A stretch of 63,047 nt of DNA, the filler included, from Basidiobolus ranarum (lineage: Eukaryota), in the NCBI GenBank assembly GCA_040143965.1. It is 47 parts of 47 records of this genome, joined end to end, with 100 filler letters (N's around TTAATTAATTAA, not from the genome) between each part and the next. Parts side by side here need not be neighbours in the genome. Positions count along the whole stretch, not along the records: positions 37,670 to 38,911 come from JASJQH010012726.1; positions 39,012 to 40,253 come from JASJQH010012727.1; positions 40,354 to 41,595 come from JASJQH010012728.1; positions 41,696 to 42,937 come from JASJQH010012729.1; positions 43,038 to 44,279 come from JASJQH010012730.1; positions 44,380 to 45,621 come from JASJQH010012731.1; positions 45,722 to 46,962 come from JASJQH010012732.1; positions 47,063 to 48,303 come from JASJQH010012733.1; 39 more parts are not named here. One strand, written 5' to 3'. The translations under genes were made by a program, and so were the position numbers. Below are positions 37,570 to 49,744 of this stretch, piece after piece (the first letter of the stretch is position 1; each line of letters begins with the position of its first letter). The notes beneath the pieces were generated by a model. That model saw nothing but the letters and a program-made list of their open reading frames with translations. It had not been told where the DNA came from and made no database searches.

Positions 37570-37669
37570 NNNNNNNNNNNNNNNNNNNNNNNNNNNNNNN
37601 NNNNNNNNNNNNNTTAATTAATTAANNNNNNNNNNNNNNNNNNNNNNNNNNNNNNNNNNNNNNNNNNNN

Positions 37670-38649
37670 GCTGTAAGCCTAAGATTATATTGCTAAAGCG
37701 GATCAGATGGAACAACAGCTTCCCATTAGGCACCATGCGCTTACTATTCAACAACATTCCAATACTACTTACTCAGCTATATTGTGGAAAATTCAATATG
37801 AAAGAGCCAATCAGGATAGGATTGTAGTTTGAATCAATTGGGAAAATGCTTGAAAACATCAAGATACTATCATATTTTACCAGGACTCCCATCAATATCC
37901 ACTCATCTAGGCATTTATTCAAATGAAAAGACTAGAAGTATTGGATTTGTATATATTCAAGTGGAATGTTGAAACAATTTCTGCCTGATAAGTATCGGTA
38001 TAATATATTCTCATGGCATCAACTCACATTTGCAGATATCAGGCAGATACAGCAACTATGCAGAGATTTTGTCAATGGATATGAAAAACTTTATTTCAGG
38101 TTTAAAAAAGATAGACTGAATCTATGCCAGTATTCAATACATTCCCTGCTACATCTTTCACAACGCTTAGAGATTATAGGCCCTTGCTATACATTCTGGG
38201 AATTCCCAATGGAGTGCACCTGCGGTGAAATGATGCTCCATGTCAAATTGTCAGCATTACCATATGCTAATCAGATTAACAGTGTGTCTGCTAAATCAGT
38301 GATGGATGTAATGCAATGGGTTAAGGAGACTTCAGAGTATCTTAACCTGCCTACAAAGGGCTCTTTTCAATGTGCTCATGGGTTTTTGCATTGTTTGAGC
38401 ACAATAACACCTACAAAGCCCAATCCATGGACACAGAGTAAGTACCTCTATAATTAGACTAATTTGCTTGTGTGATAATCTGATGGTATTTTTAGGAAAG
38501 CTGCAAGACAGACTTCTTGGTAAGATAGATCAAGATATGCAGTATTATTGTTTTAGCCATGGGGTAAACTATTCCAGCAATAACATATCTACTTGTTACC
38601 AGACATTTGTTGACTGTAAGTTGAGGATATATTGGCAGAATTCTTTATT
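37670..38649 (+). mobile_element. CMC/EnSpm-type transposase, C-terminal half, degenerate
   Basis: IHSLLHL...GPCYTFWEFPME resembles the CACTA HxLxH / WxFPxER region. Confidence 0.8.
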
Positions 38650-38911
38650 AGACTTGTTCCATATTATTGAGCCAGATCAGGCCAGCTAAAAAGTGTGCCA
38701 GCACAAATTGGCATGATTGGGTGCTATCCGGCACGATGTTATTTACCATTTTGGAAACAGTTTGTTTTACTTATGTGGTATGTTTAAGAAAAGTACTTTG
38801 AGACATTATTGCACATTCAAAAGATGATGAAAGCTTTATTCATAGTGTCTTAAGTCTAGAGCTCTCAATGGATATCTTTGAGTATGGATGTATTGAGAAT
38901 TAATCAAGATT
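38650..38911. mobile_element. Longer relative of the GGACTTGTTC MITE inserted in CMC
   Basis: Begins AGACTTGTTCCAT where CMC homology stops; GTGCC/GGCAC motifs. Confidence 0.5.
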
Positions 38912-39011
38912 NNNNNNNNNNNNNNNNNNNNNNNNNNNNNNNNNNNNNNNNNNNNTTAATTAATTAANNNNNNNNNNNNNNNNNNNNNNNNNNNNNNNNN
39001 NNNNNNNNNNN

Positions 39012-39788
39012 TGGAGAAATTCGGGGTTTCGAGTTGGCTCATAAAAAATACGGTCGCATCTCATGAGACAAGTTGTTTCAACCGGTGATTCGACTATCTC
39101 GTAATGGTTTCAATATGTTATCAAAGGATCAAGGACCTCTAAGATGGCATAACATTTCAGACACAAGAACTTTTCAAGTTGAATGACGGCATAACATTTC
39201 AGACACAAGAACTTTTCCAGTTGAATATTTCCAACCAAGCTACCAGCATAAAAATACCCCAGGTACCATACATTTATTGACCATGGATAAAGAAGGTGGA
39301 GCAGTGGCTTTGATCACCACTATCAATCTTGAATTTGGATCTAAAGTTATGGATCATGAAACAGGTATTGTTTTCAATAATGACATGGATGATTTCTCAT
39401 CACCTGGATTGGTGAATGTATTTGGGTTCCTTCCATCACCAGACAATTTTATCCAACCTGGTAAACGTCCACTCTTATCCATGTCACCAGCATAGTAGAG
39501 ACCAACGGGTATCCATCTTTAGCAGTGGGTGCTTGTGGTGGTAGTTACATAACAATAGCAAGCATCCAAGCCATTCTCAATATATGCGATTTGGCTGGAA
39601 GTGTCAATAAAGCAATTGCTGTACCTTGTGCTCATCATCAGCTAATGCCGGATGAAGTGACTGTAGAGCCACAATATGTTGAACATTGCATTGAATCTTT
39701 GGAAGCACTTGGACACAACGTTACCAGATTAGCTACCACACAATGTGTTGTTCAAGCAGTTTCCAGACTACCAAGTGGATATTTCTAG
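39012..39788 (+). pseudogene. Gamma-glutamyltranspeptidase pseudogene
   Basis: AHKKYG, GTTHL...TTINLEFGS, NNDMDDFS, PGKRPLLSMSP; stop, frameshift, large deletion. Confidence 0.85.
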
Positions 39789-40073
39789 ATTACTTGTCAA
39801 TTAATGCAAACAAATAAATAAGCCTTGGGCTCTGTAGTATTTTCTCCTCTGTTTGGTATTTTACTTTGTAACTTTCTTCACCAATGTCCTGGATCCTTTC
39901 TTTCCTTAATTGCTGAAAATATACAGATATCCAATTCTTTTCTTAGGCAAGAGACTGCCAGTTTTGAGAGATTATGGTCAGAGAATGGCTTGAGCTTTCC
40001 ATAGCTGGTTTTATTCAACTTTGCTGAAAATATCTGTTTGTTGAACTAAATTGCCACTCAGGTGCCATGCAAC

Positions 40074-40253
40074 TGTTACAATATTTGGGAGCCTGTTGGA
40101 AGTGGTTTGGAGAATTAGAGATATTGGTGATTTTCACTAATTAATTTACTGAGTAGAGAGTTGACATTGATAGTTTCCCTAACAAAAATTAAATTGACTT
40201 GATCCAGATTGGATTGACCCTTCCAGATTGCAAAACCATTAGAGAACCATGAT
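40074..40253. mobile_element. LTR A end interrupted by CMC right end (from 40177)
   Basis: CCCTAACAAAAAT follows LTR A sequence. Confidence 0.75.
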
Positions 40254-40353
40254 NNNNNNNNNNNNNNNNNNNNNNNNNNNNNNNNNNNNNNNNNNNNTTA
40301 ATTAATTAANNNNNNNNNNNNNNNNNNNNNNNNNNNNNNNNNNNNNNNNNNNN

Positions 40354-41595
40354 CCATCAAAATCCCTGGCAGAATGCAAGCCAACAATATTGTGACGGTT
40401 CTCTGACGGTTTTGCTATTTCGGAGGGTGGATCCGATCCGGATCAAATCGATTTTATTTTTGTTTGGGAATATGACTATTTAGTTGAGGGATAGTGTGAA
40501 ATTAGCAGTGCTAAAACACCTATGCAGTCATATATAGCTTAGTATTTAGCTATTGGATATTTTACTAAGATATTACACATAATAGAACAATTCTACCAAC
40601 TTAGAAGTTCTCAGCTATATAGACTTGTCAAACTTGTGCTAGAAGCCCCATACATTGCACACATGGTCCAGAACCATCCTTAAAACATTCTACACATTAG
40701 TTTGTTTACATTATGACAAAACCATAAATGTCCACTTTTTTCTCAATAAGGCAATAAGTAAAACCATCAACTTCTCCATTTTTCCAAACCACTTCTAACT
40801 GGTTCCCAAATTTTTCAACAAGACTTTGCCATGTTGCATTTCATTTTTTGAGCAAAATATTCACAAATTGGCTAATTTTGGAAATTCAAATTGACCCCCC
40901 CACCAAAACAGAAATTTTGTGAGGGTTACATATATGGAGAGCAAGCCAGGTAGGCATTCAAGAGCTCTGCAGAGAACAAAATGTAGTTTTGGCTTGCATA
41001 CTATTTTCCCACTTTGTTGTAATGGCATTATAATGGTTTTGCACCCATTCTCTTATGGAAACTCTCCCAGAATTTTTTTCCTACCATTTTCATATGGTAT
41101 ACCTACCCCTATATTTGTGTTTTCTCTGGTTTTCCTGTGGCATTCATACCAATATTTTCATATGGTCTGGTTTAAGAAAATCTGTGAAAAATTAGATCTA
41201 ATTCAGTTATATTTGTGAGGACCTATCCTAAATTTATCTATAGGTAGAAAAAGATATATAGGCAGATGGTTGATGATTATACAAGATATGCTTGTATCTA
41301 CTTCCTGGAAAGAAAAGATGTAGCTCTCTCAATCAAACAGGGATTTTGAAGCACTTGTGGATGTTGAAGTTTATTGTCTTTATCATATTTGTTATCTCTA
41401 TCTTTATACACCTAACTATTTCATATATCACATATAAGTTAGTTAACATTACTTAATCAAATATCACTTAGCTGAAAATCAGAGCATATATTATATATAT
41501 ATGTGAATTATGTGAGAATTAGCAATTACATATTGGAAATTTCAAACTCGTCCAAATTGCCCCAAAGATAGCTCATTTTACTCCCACAGATGTTC
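40354..41595 (+). mobile_element. CMC right end (to 40468), copia-A PPT and LTR A (40495-40820), degenerate integrase, LTR C (from 41362)
   Basis: Homology to other copies in the window. Confidence 0.8.
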
Positions 41596-41696
41596 NNNNN
41601 NNNNNNNNNNNNNNNNNNNNNNNNNNNNNNNNNNNNNNNTTAATTAATTAANNNNNNNNNNNNNNNNNNNNNNNNNNNNNNNNNNNNNNNNNNNNT

Positions 41697-41846
41697 GAGA
41701 CTGAGAAGCTCTACGATATGGAGGAGAGCTCCATGGATGTCCAAGGAGGATTCAGTCCTGAGGACTCTGAAGGCTTCATTAAGATCCAAAGCATTCGTCT
41801 CAAGAAGTTCGGACAATCAGTCGCTCGTAACGGAGGCAAATTCTAA
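41697..41846 (+). CDS. ARG1: Argininosuccinate synthase, C-terminus
   Basis: EKLYDMEESSMDVQGGFSPEDSEGFIKIQSIRLKKFG...*. Confidence 0.9.
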   Translation, partial: ETEKLYDMEESSMDVQGGFSPEDSEGFIKIQSIRLKKFGQSVARNGGKF

Positions 41847-42679
41847 GGCAAGCAATAGCATAACATGTATAGACTAGTTTTTATGTATTTTACCCTGTTT
41901 CATTTGATTGCATTGATTAAATAAACATTTATTATCAAAAACGAATCCTATTGAAGTATCTTTAGAAATATGAAAGGTATATCGTTTTAAGTACTATAGA
42001 TTGGTCGCGTGTTTTCCTACATCTCGAAATAACACTAAGCTAAGGCTAAAAAGTACACTTTCTCATACAAATAGCTTTGCGCATTCAAGTATTCCTGGTG
42101 TAGGGGTTTTGAAAATATAGATTTGGTCACTTACGTACTCAACATCAAGTATCTCAGATCAGTCGATCACGTTTACATTGGTCTTTCCATTAAATGATAA
42201 GATTAGTACCAATTGTGAGTCCGTTTGTATACATGCCACTAACCCTGCTCCACCCCTACCATTATGGCCAATGAGCGGCTATTCGTAATCAATTATTCCC
42301 ATCAAAAAGACACAATCTGCAATATTACTGGCAAACCTTCTTATTATAGAAAGAGTAGGTATTAACAGCAAACATGTGCAAAAGAAATTGGATCTTGAAT
42401 TCCTTTTATGGATTTTGGTGCAATGGCATACCACATGTTATCATGCCTTTACGAGCTTCAGGGGAATATGCCCCAAAAATGCTTGCAGTATATCTTTTTA
42501 AAGTACAATCTATTAAGTACAACAAATAAAAACCGAATGCAATATTGTCATAGATATGAATGGCAATGTCATCAACTATTAAAATTGACTGTGGGAAAAC
42601 ATTCACTTGCCTAGTATAAAAACTACATGTGACGGCGGAGATCAAACAAAATTAAAAATATTTTACTATCTATTCAAAA

Positions 42680-42937
42680 ATGTCTCAAGGAAAAGTCCTC
42701 TTAGCATACTCCGGTGGTCTTGATACCTCCTGCATTCTCGTTTGGCTCATCGAGCAAGGATACGAAGTCCTTGCTTACCTTGCCAACGTCGGCCAAGAAG
42801 AAGACTTCGACGCTGCCCGTGAAAAGGCTCTCAAGATTGGTGCCTCCAAGGTATTCATCGAAGACTTGAGACGTGAGTTTGTTGAAGAACTCATCTTCCC
42901 TGCTGTCCAAGCCAACACTATCTACGAAGGAGTGTAC
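42680..42937 (+). CDS. ARG1: Argininosuccinate synthase, N-terminus
   Basis: [23 protein letters not shown] at about 42615. Confidence 0.97.
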
Positions 42938-43037
42938 NNNNNNNNNNNNNNNNNNNNNNNNNNNNNNNNNNNNNNNNNNNNTTAATTAATTAANNNNNNN
43001 NNNNNNNNNNNNNNNNNNNNNNNNNNNNNNNNNNNNN

Positions 43038-44279
43038 AAAGTATCTTCCTTGTCCAGTCTTGTCTTTTCTTGTCTTGTGGTCTACACCCAAGTACTCTCC
43101 TGCCTTCTAGCCGCTTGTTGTTGTTCCCAGCCCGTGTCCAGTTCCTTATTGTGACACAGAGTAAGTACCTCTATAATCTGGACTACTTTGTTTGTGTGAT
43201 AATCTGACAGTATATTTAGGAAAGCTGCAACATAGACTTCTTGGTGATATAGATCAAGTTACACAGTGTTATTGTTTTAGCAATGGGGTAATCTATTCAA
43301 GCAATGACACATTGGCTTGTGGCAGGACATTTGTAGACTGCAAGTTGGGAACATATTGGCTGAATTCTTTACGGAAATTTGCCAAAATCCAAGAGCTTAT
43401 TCTCATTGTGAATGGTAATAAGAGTCAGCTATTTGCCAAGTGTTAGTACTATTCTAAATCTTGGATGTTTAGCAATTTTTCCACCATTAATTTGCTGGTA
43501 AAGCATTTGATGTTGTTCAGTTATGTCTAATCAGTCAAGTGTGAGCATATGTAGAGCCTAAACATGACAAGATTCTGGTAGATTTTGATTCTCATAATGG
43601 CTGGAATAGAAAGCCTAAAATATCTAAATAATGGCATGCATATTAATTTGAATTCCTACAGCAGTAAATCCAGTCACTTGCCATTTGAAAATTAGATTTT
43701 TGCAAAAATTGCCGGAAATTGAATAATGCATGCTAAATTTGAGGATCTATATTTCAAAATGTATGAATACCAGCAAAATACCATTAAGAGACTGCCATCA
43801 CACCATCAAAATCCCTAGCAGAATGCAAGCCACCAACATTGTGACAGTTCTCTGATAGTTTTGCTATTTTGGAGGGTAGATCAGGTCCAGATCAAATCTA
43901 TTTTTTTTTGTTAGGAATTACTATTGATATTCACCAGGCTTTGTGCAGCTTGTGGCTTTGTACAGTGACCATGCTTGTGATTATTTCTTCTATCAAGCGT
44001 CTAGCTTTCATAGCACAAGAATTTGTGACAATAATAGCTGGGCTTCTTTAAATGCTTGTGTTGCGGCATGAAAAGGATATTGTGGAAACAAGAACACCTT
44101 CTACTTTAGGGTGATATTTTAGGTATAGCCCATCAATATCATCAGCTGATTCTGAGACAGTCTCTCAGAAGAGTCATCAGGGGATTTACAAGATATCACT
44201 GGAAATGGAGAGCAATTTTGGTTTATTATAAGCTATTTCTAGGCAATTTTATTACACCAAGTTTACCATCTGAAAATTT
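43038..44279. mobile_element. LTR D end (to 43156), CMC transposase 3' end and right TIR (to about 43916), then the MPQH-ORF region
   Basis: ...CCTTATTGTGACA; FAKIQELILIVNG; TTTTTGTTAGG. Confidence 0.8.
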
Positions 44280-44379
44280 NNNNNNNNNNNNNNNNNNNNN
44301 NNNNNNNNNNNNNNNNNNNNNNNTTAATTAATTAANNNNNNNNNNNNNNNNNNNNNNNNNNNNNNNNNNNNNNNNNNNN

Positions 44380-45621
44380 AATTTTTTGCACATGTGTTGA
44401 TCCATAGTTCTCTGAGATTTTAGCAAATCATGCGCAACTATTTTGCAAGATCTTGAAATTTCACTCCTGAAACTGAAAAAATTGATTAAAATCAAATCTA
44501 ACTTGACAATTTTATAATGGTAAGTAAATGGTCAATCCCAAATGGATTAAAATTGTGACAGTTCTCCTACAATAACAATCCTCGAATTTCTGTTAGGGTG
44601 ATGTACTATCTAGGATCCAAGATACAATATATAGAGCTACCAAAACAATAACTTTAAACCGGTCTAAATATATCCTAGATATACTCAAGAAGTTTAAAAT
44701 GGAGGAATGAAATTCAGTATCTACCCCAATGAAGACAAATCTGAACTTGACCAAAAATGGCTTAAATCAGATATTTTGCATTCAAATGAAGGCCAGAAAT
44801 TTCTATATCATTCTATAGTTGGTAGTTTGATGTAAATCATGATCGGAGCCTGGCAAGATATTGCATATTCTTTGGGAGTTATGTACCAATATCTTCAAAT
44901 TTACGCATCTGATCAAATCATGGCAGTTAAGTGGATTTTCAGATATATGACAAGCACTGTGTATCTGTACTTAAAAGACACATATTCTAAATCAAACTTT
45001 GATCTGATACAATATTCAGATGAAAATAGGGGAAGTGATATTGAGCATAGGAGATCTGCTACTGGATACTTATTTATATGCTGTAATGAAGCTATTTCTT
45101 GGATTTTAAAGCAACAACCTATCATAGCACTTCAACAACAGAAGAAGAATACATGGCTGCCTGTGAAGCAATAAAAGAAGCAATATGGTTAAGAAAACTC
45201 TCAATAATTTGGGTTATTCTCAAAATTCACCAACTACAATATTTCAACATACTCAAAGTTGTTTCAAGTTATCTTAAAATCTCATGTTTCATAATAGAAG
45301 CAAACATATAGATATTGAGCATCACTTTATGAGAGAGACTGTCAAGAATAAGTTTATTGCCTTAACTTCATCCCTAACAAGAATAAAATCAATTTGATCT
45401 GGATCTGATCCACCCCCCAAAATAGCAAAACCATCAGAGAACCATCACAATATTGGTGGCTTGCATTCTCCCAGGGATTTTGATGGTGTAATGGCTGTTT
45501 CTTGATGGTATTTTGATGCTATTCATACATGTTAAAATATTGATCCTCAAATTTGGCATGCATTATTCACTATCCAGCTACTTTTGCAATAAAATAATTT
45601 TTGAATGGCAAATTACTGGGT
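44380..45621. mobile_element. CMC left end (to 44598), copia RT-RNase H, CMC right end (from 45372)
   Basis: TIRs TGTTAGGG and CCCTAACA; STTEEEYMA. Confidence 0.85.
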
Positions 45622-45721
45622 NNNNNNNNNNNNNNNNNNNNNNNNNNNNNNNNNNNNNNNNNNNNTTAATTAATTAANNNNNNNNNNNNNNNNNNNNNNN
45701 NNNNNNNNNNNNNNNNNNNNN

Positions 45722-46962
45722 GAAAAAATTGATTAAAATCAAATCTAACTTGACGTTTTTATGACGGTAAGTAAACGGTTAACCCCAAATGGATTAAAAT
45801 TGTGACGGTTTTCCTACGATAACAATCCTCAAGTTTCTGTTAGGGTATAATGGAAGGGAATATGCCTCAAAACTCTTCTCTAACTTCAGCTCAACACATG
45901 GGATAAAACAGCAGACTACAGTGCCATATTATTTACTGAAAAATGGGGTGGCAGCATGTGCAAACAGATCAATAATGGCAAAGGCAAGATCAATGCTTCA
46001 TGATGGAGATTTACAAAAACAGTTCTGGGCTGAATTGGTTGCAACTGCAGTATATATTAGGAATAGATGTCCTTCTAGGTCTCTATTGGCTATGATACAT
46101 TATCAAGCTTGGTTTGGAAGTAAACCTGATGTGGCTAACCTCAGAGTATTTGGAAGTACTGTGTATGCAATGATTCCAGACCAGAAGAGATCAAAACCCT
46201 AACAAAAATAAAATCAATTTGATCCGGATTGGATCCACCCTCCAAAATAGCAAAACCGTCAGAGAACTGTCACAATATTGCTGGCTTGCATTCTGCCGGG
46301 GATTTTGATGGTGTGATGGAGGGTTCTTGATGGTATCTTAATGGTATTCATACATGTTAAAATATTGATCCTCAAATTTGGCATGCGTCATTCAATATGC
46401 AGCAATTTTTGCAAAAATATAATTTTTGAATGGCAAATTACTGGGTTTACTGCTGTAGGAATTCGAATTAATGTCCATGCCTTTATTTAGATATTGTAGG
46501 CCTTGTATTCCAGCAATAATGAGAATTAAAAAATTCAAGAATCTTGTAGTGTTTAGTCACTACATATCCACATATTTGACTGATTAGACATAACTCAACA
46601 ACATCATTATGCTTTACCAGCAAACTAATGGTGCAAAAATTGCTAAACATCTGAAGATTACCCCATGGCTAAAACAATAATACCTCATATCTCCATCTAT
46701 CTCACCAAGAAGTCTGTCTTGCAGCTTTCCTAAAAATACCTTTAGATTATCACACAAGCAAATTAGTCCAATTATAAAGGTACTTACTCTGTGTCCATGG
46801 ATTGGGCTTTGTTGCTGTAATTGTGCTCAAACAATGCAAAAACCCATGAGCACATTGAAAAGAGCCCTTTGTTAGCAGGTTAATATACTCTGGAGTCTCC
46901 TTAACCCATTGCATTACATCCATCACTGATTTTGCTGATACATTGTTAATCAGATTAGCATA
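45722..46962. mobile_element. CMC left end (to 45845), copia integrase, CMC right end (from 46197)
   Basis: TIRs as above; FWAELVATAVYIRNR. Confidence 0.85.
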
Positions 46963-47063
46963 NNNNNNNNNNNNNNNNNNNNNNNNNNNNNNNNNNNNNN
47001 NNNNNNTTAATTAATTAANNNNNNNNNNNNNNNNNNNNNNNNNNNNNNNNNNNNNNNNNNNNC

Positions 47064-47195
47064 ATCTCTCTCCAACATGACATCCAACCCAGCACCATCC
47101 AAGCTGCTGCTGGCATCCTTGACACCGTGATCAAATCTGGATTCAAGATCACTACTGTTGCTGATTGCCTCGGTGATTCCGGCCTCTATCATTAA
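47064..47195 (+). CDS. CE4 polysaccharide (chitin) deacetylase, C-terminus
   Basis: ISLQHDIQPST...GFKITTVADCLG...*. Confidence 0.85.
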   Translation: MSLQHDIQPSTIQAAAGILDTVIKSGFKITTVADCLGDSGLYH

Positions 47196-47870
47196 TTTGC
47201 ATAATACTCCTGCCTACCAATATCATAGTTTAATACATTTATATGTAGCCTTATTACCTAATTAATTTAATTGATGCAAATTTCGATAAACAAAAGTTCA
47301 ATTAACATTTTGCAATCATGTATAATTTGGAGTGAGTTTAGAATATGATTGTGCTATGCGAAAGGTGAAATACGATAGGAATACGTATTCGATTAATACT
47401 GACTATGGAAGCTTCTATACAGCATCATAGAAACTGTTGAGGAATGGGATTGGTAAACTGATTTATCTAAATATATGTTCACTGCATGTCAAGAATTAAG
47501 AAAGACATGTTATTGGACACACGAGCCACACGCAACGAACAATTCAGTTTTTCCAGGTGAAAATATGAACACAGAAAATTTGAAATATTATTAAACTTTA
47601 CTTTGAATAGTAATTTAGTGCAGTTTATTGTTAGTTAAGGATCATGATTTCAACATGGTATCGCACACTTGTTGCACAGTTTAAAAATAGAACTGCAAAA
47701 ATGGTTCATTTTTCAATGTGCACAATTACGATACGGAACCAGGCAAGTCCTGTGTAACATTAGCGGGAAGTGAATGCTGTAATGTGCATGATCATGAGCA
47801 TTAGTCTGATTTTGAAATATATAAAGTTGAAGGAGCGAAGGAAGTTATACTATATTCATTCGAGGTAGCG

Positions 47871-48303
47871 ATGTATTTCTCTAAAACCGTGCTTCTCTCC
47901 ATTACCCTTTTCCTCCAGGTCACAGTCATTCAAGCCCGTATCTCTAAGGATGACAGATGTGGCGTGATCAAGGGAGAGAAGGTTACTTGCCCCAATGGAG
48001 AGTGCTGCTCTTCATATGGATGGTATGTTTCTTACTTCCCTCTTGTGGATCATGACCAATTATGAATAGCATCCCGCTAACTTTATTTTACTCAACTTTA
48101 GGTGTGGAACCAGCAAGGATCACTGTGTTGCCAATTGCCAATTCCAATGCAAGACTCCCAAGCCAACTACTATTAAACCTACCCTCACTGTCAAGCCTAC
48201 TAGTTCTGCAAAACCCAGTGCAACCACCTCGGTTGTCCCCAGTCCCACTAATATCATCACTTCACCCGATGGTTCATGTGGCTTGAAGAACGGTGTTTTA
48301 GTT
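47871..48303 (+). CDS. Secreted CBM18 chitin-binding protein, N-terminus (intron 48023-48101)
   Basis: Signal peptide, RCG...CPNGECCSSYGW|CGTSKDHC, P/T linker, second SPDGSCG; GTATGT donor, GCTAAC branch point. Confidence 0.9.
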
Positions 48304-48403
48304 NNNNNNNNNNNNNNNNNNNNNNNNNNNNNNNNNNNNNNNNNNNNTTAATTAATTAANNNNNNNNNNNNNNNNNNNNNNNNNNNNNNNNNNNNNNNNN
48401 NNN

Positions 48404-49644
48404 GATGCACTATCACAGATCAGAATAATACCAAATTAGCTACTGGGATCAAAACTCAAAACTTATACAAGCTAGAAATCAACAAATTGCATTCTGATCA
48501 TGCAAACTTGGCCAAAGCTAGTGAAAATAGTTGTCAAACATGGCATCAAAGATTAGGCCATATTGGGGCACAAAAACTGATCCAAATGATCCAAAATCAG
48601 CTTGTTTTGGGCTTGGAAATTGGAAATATCACTAAATTGGATCTGTGTGAAGGTTGCATAGGTAGAAAACATCACAGACAGCCGTTTTCAAGCTCTGGAG
48701 AGATCAAAGCCACTCAGAATCTTTCCCTGATTCATTCTGCCCTATGTGGGCCCATGAAAAACATCTCACTGGGTGGGAAAAGGTACTTTATGACCTTTAT
48801 TGATGACAGTACAAGATATATTTAGGTATTCTTTCTCAATTCAAAATCTAAAGCCTTAGCTATGTTCAAGCACTACAAAGCAGTGGTAGAGAAAGAATCA
48901 GCACAAAAAATAAGGGTACTAAGGAGCAATAATGGTGGAAAATACTGCCATAAAGACTTTGCTAGTTTTTGCTCTAAACATGGAATTAAGCAACAAACTC
49001 CTGTACCTTATACTCCACAGCAAAATGGAGTTGCAGAACATGCTTAGTAACCTTATTTTTTGTGCAGATTCTTTCTCTACCATTGCTTTGTAGTGGTTGA
49101 ATGTACCTAAGGCTGGTCTCTTGCAATACTTGCAGATGATTAATTTCTGATCTTTTGGAATTACCACATAGGCAATCATTTCAGACCAGAAGAGATCAAA
49201 TTTGTACCAAAAAAGCCAGAAATGTCTTTTTTTGGGATATTGTGATGGAACAAAAGGGTACAGACTATGTGGCACCAAAAATAAGAGGTTAATCAAGTCA
49301 AGTGATGTGGAATTTGCTGAAGAAGAAAAACTTACAATCAAAATAATCCAGGATCTAGAAAAACAACCAAAAATTGATGAATATTCTTCTTTCTCTCACC
49401 AGATCCTTACCAGTGAGAAACACATTGAAAGTTCTTCACCTGCAGTCTTCCCAACCAAGCCTGAGGTAGTTTTATTGCCAAAGTTGGTACCAGAAAATGT
49501 AGTGCCAATTTCCCATCTTAGGAGATCTCATCAGATGAGATCTCCACCTGATTACTACTCTCACACTAGCCAAAAGGAGCCTAGTGCTGATTTAGCCTTT
49601 TCTGATGAACCCAAATCAGTACAGGAGGCTATGGAGGGTCCCAA
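48404..49644 (+). mobile_element. Ty1/copia integrase with internal inversion/deletion
   Basis: [25 protein letters not shown]. Confidence 0.9.
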
Positions 49645-49744
49645 NNNNNNNNNNNNNNNNNNNNNNNNNNNNNNNNNNNNNNNNNNNNTTAATTAATTAA
49701 NNNNNNNNNNNNNNNNNNNNNNNNNNNNNNNNNNNNNNNNNNNN

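Noticed and set aside
44380-46962. Composite transposons carrying copia cargo
   Set aside because: The element bodies extend away from the copia DNA, so these are two separate neighbouring insertions
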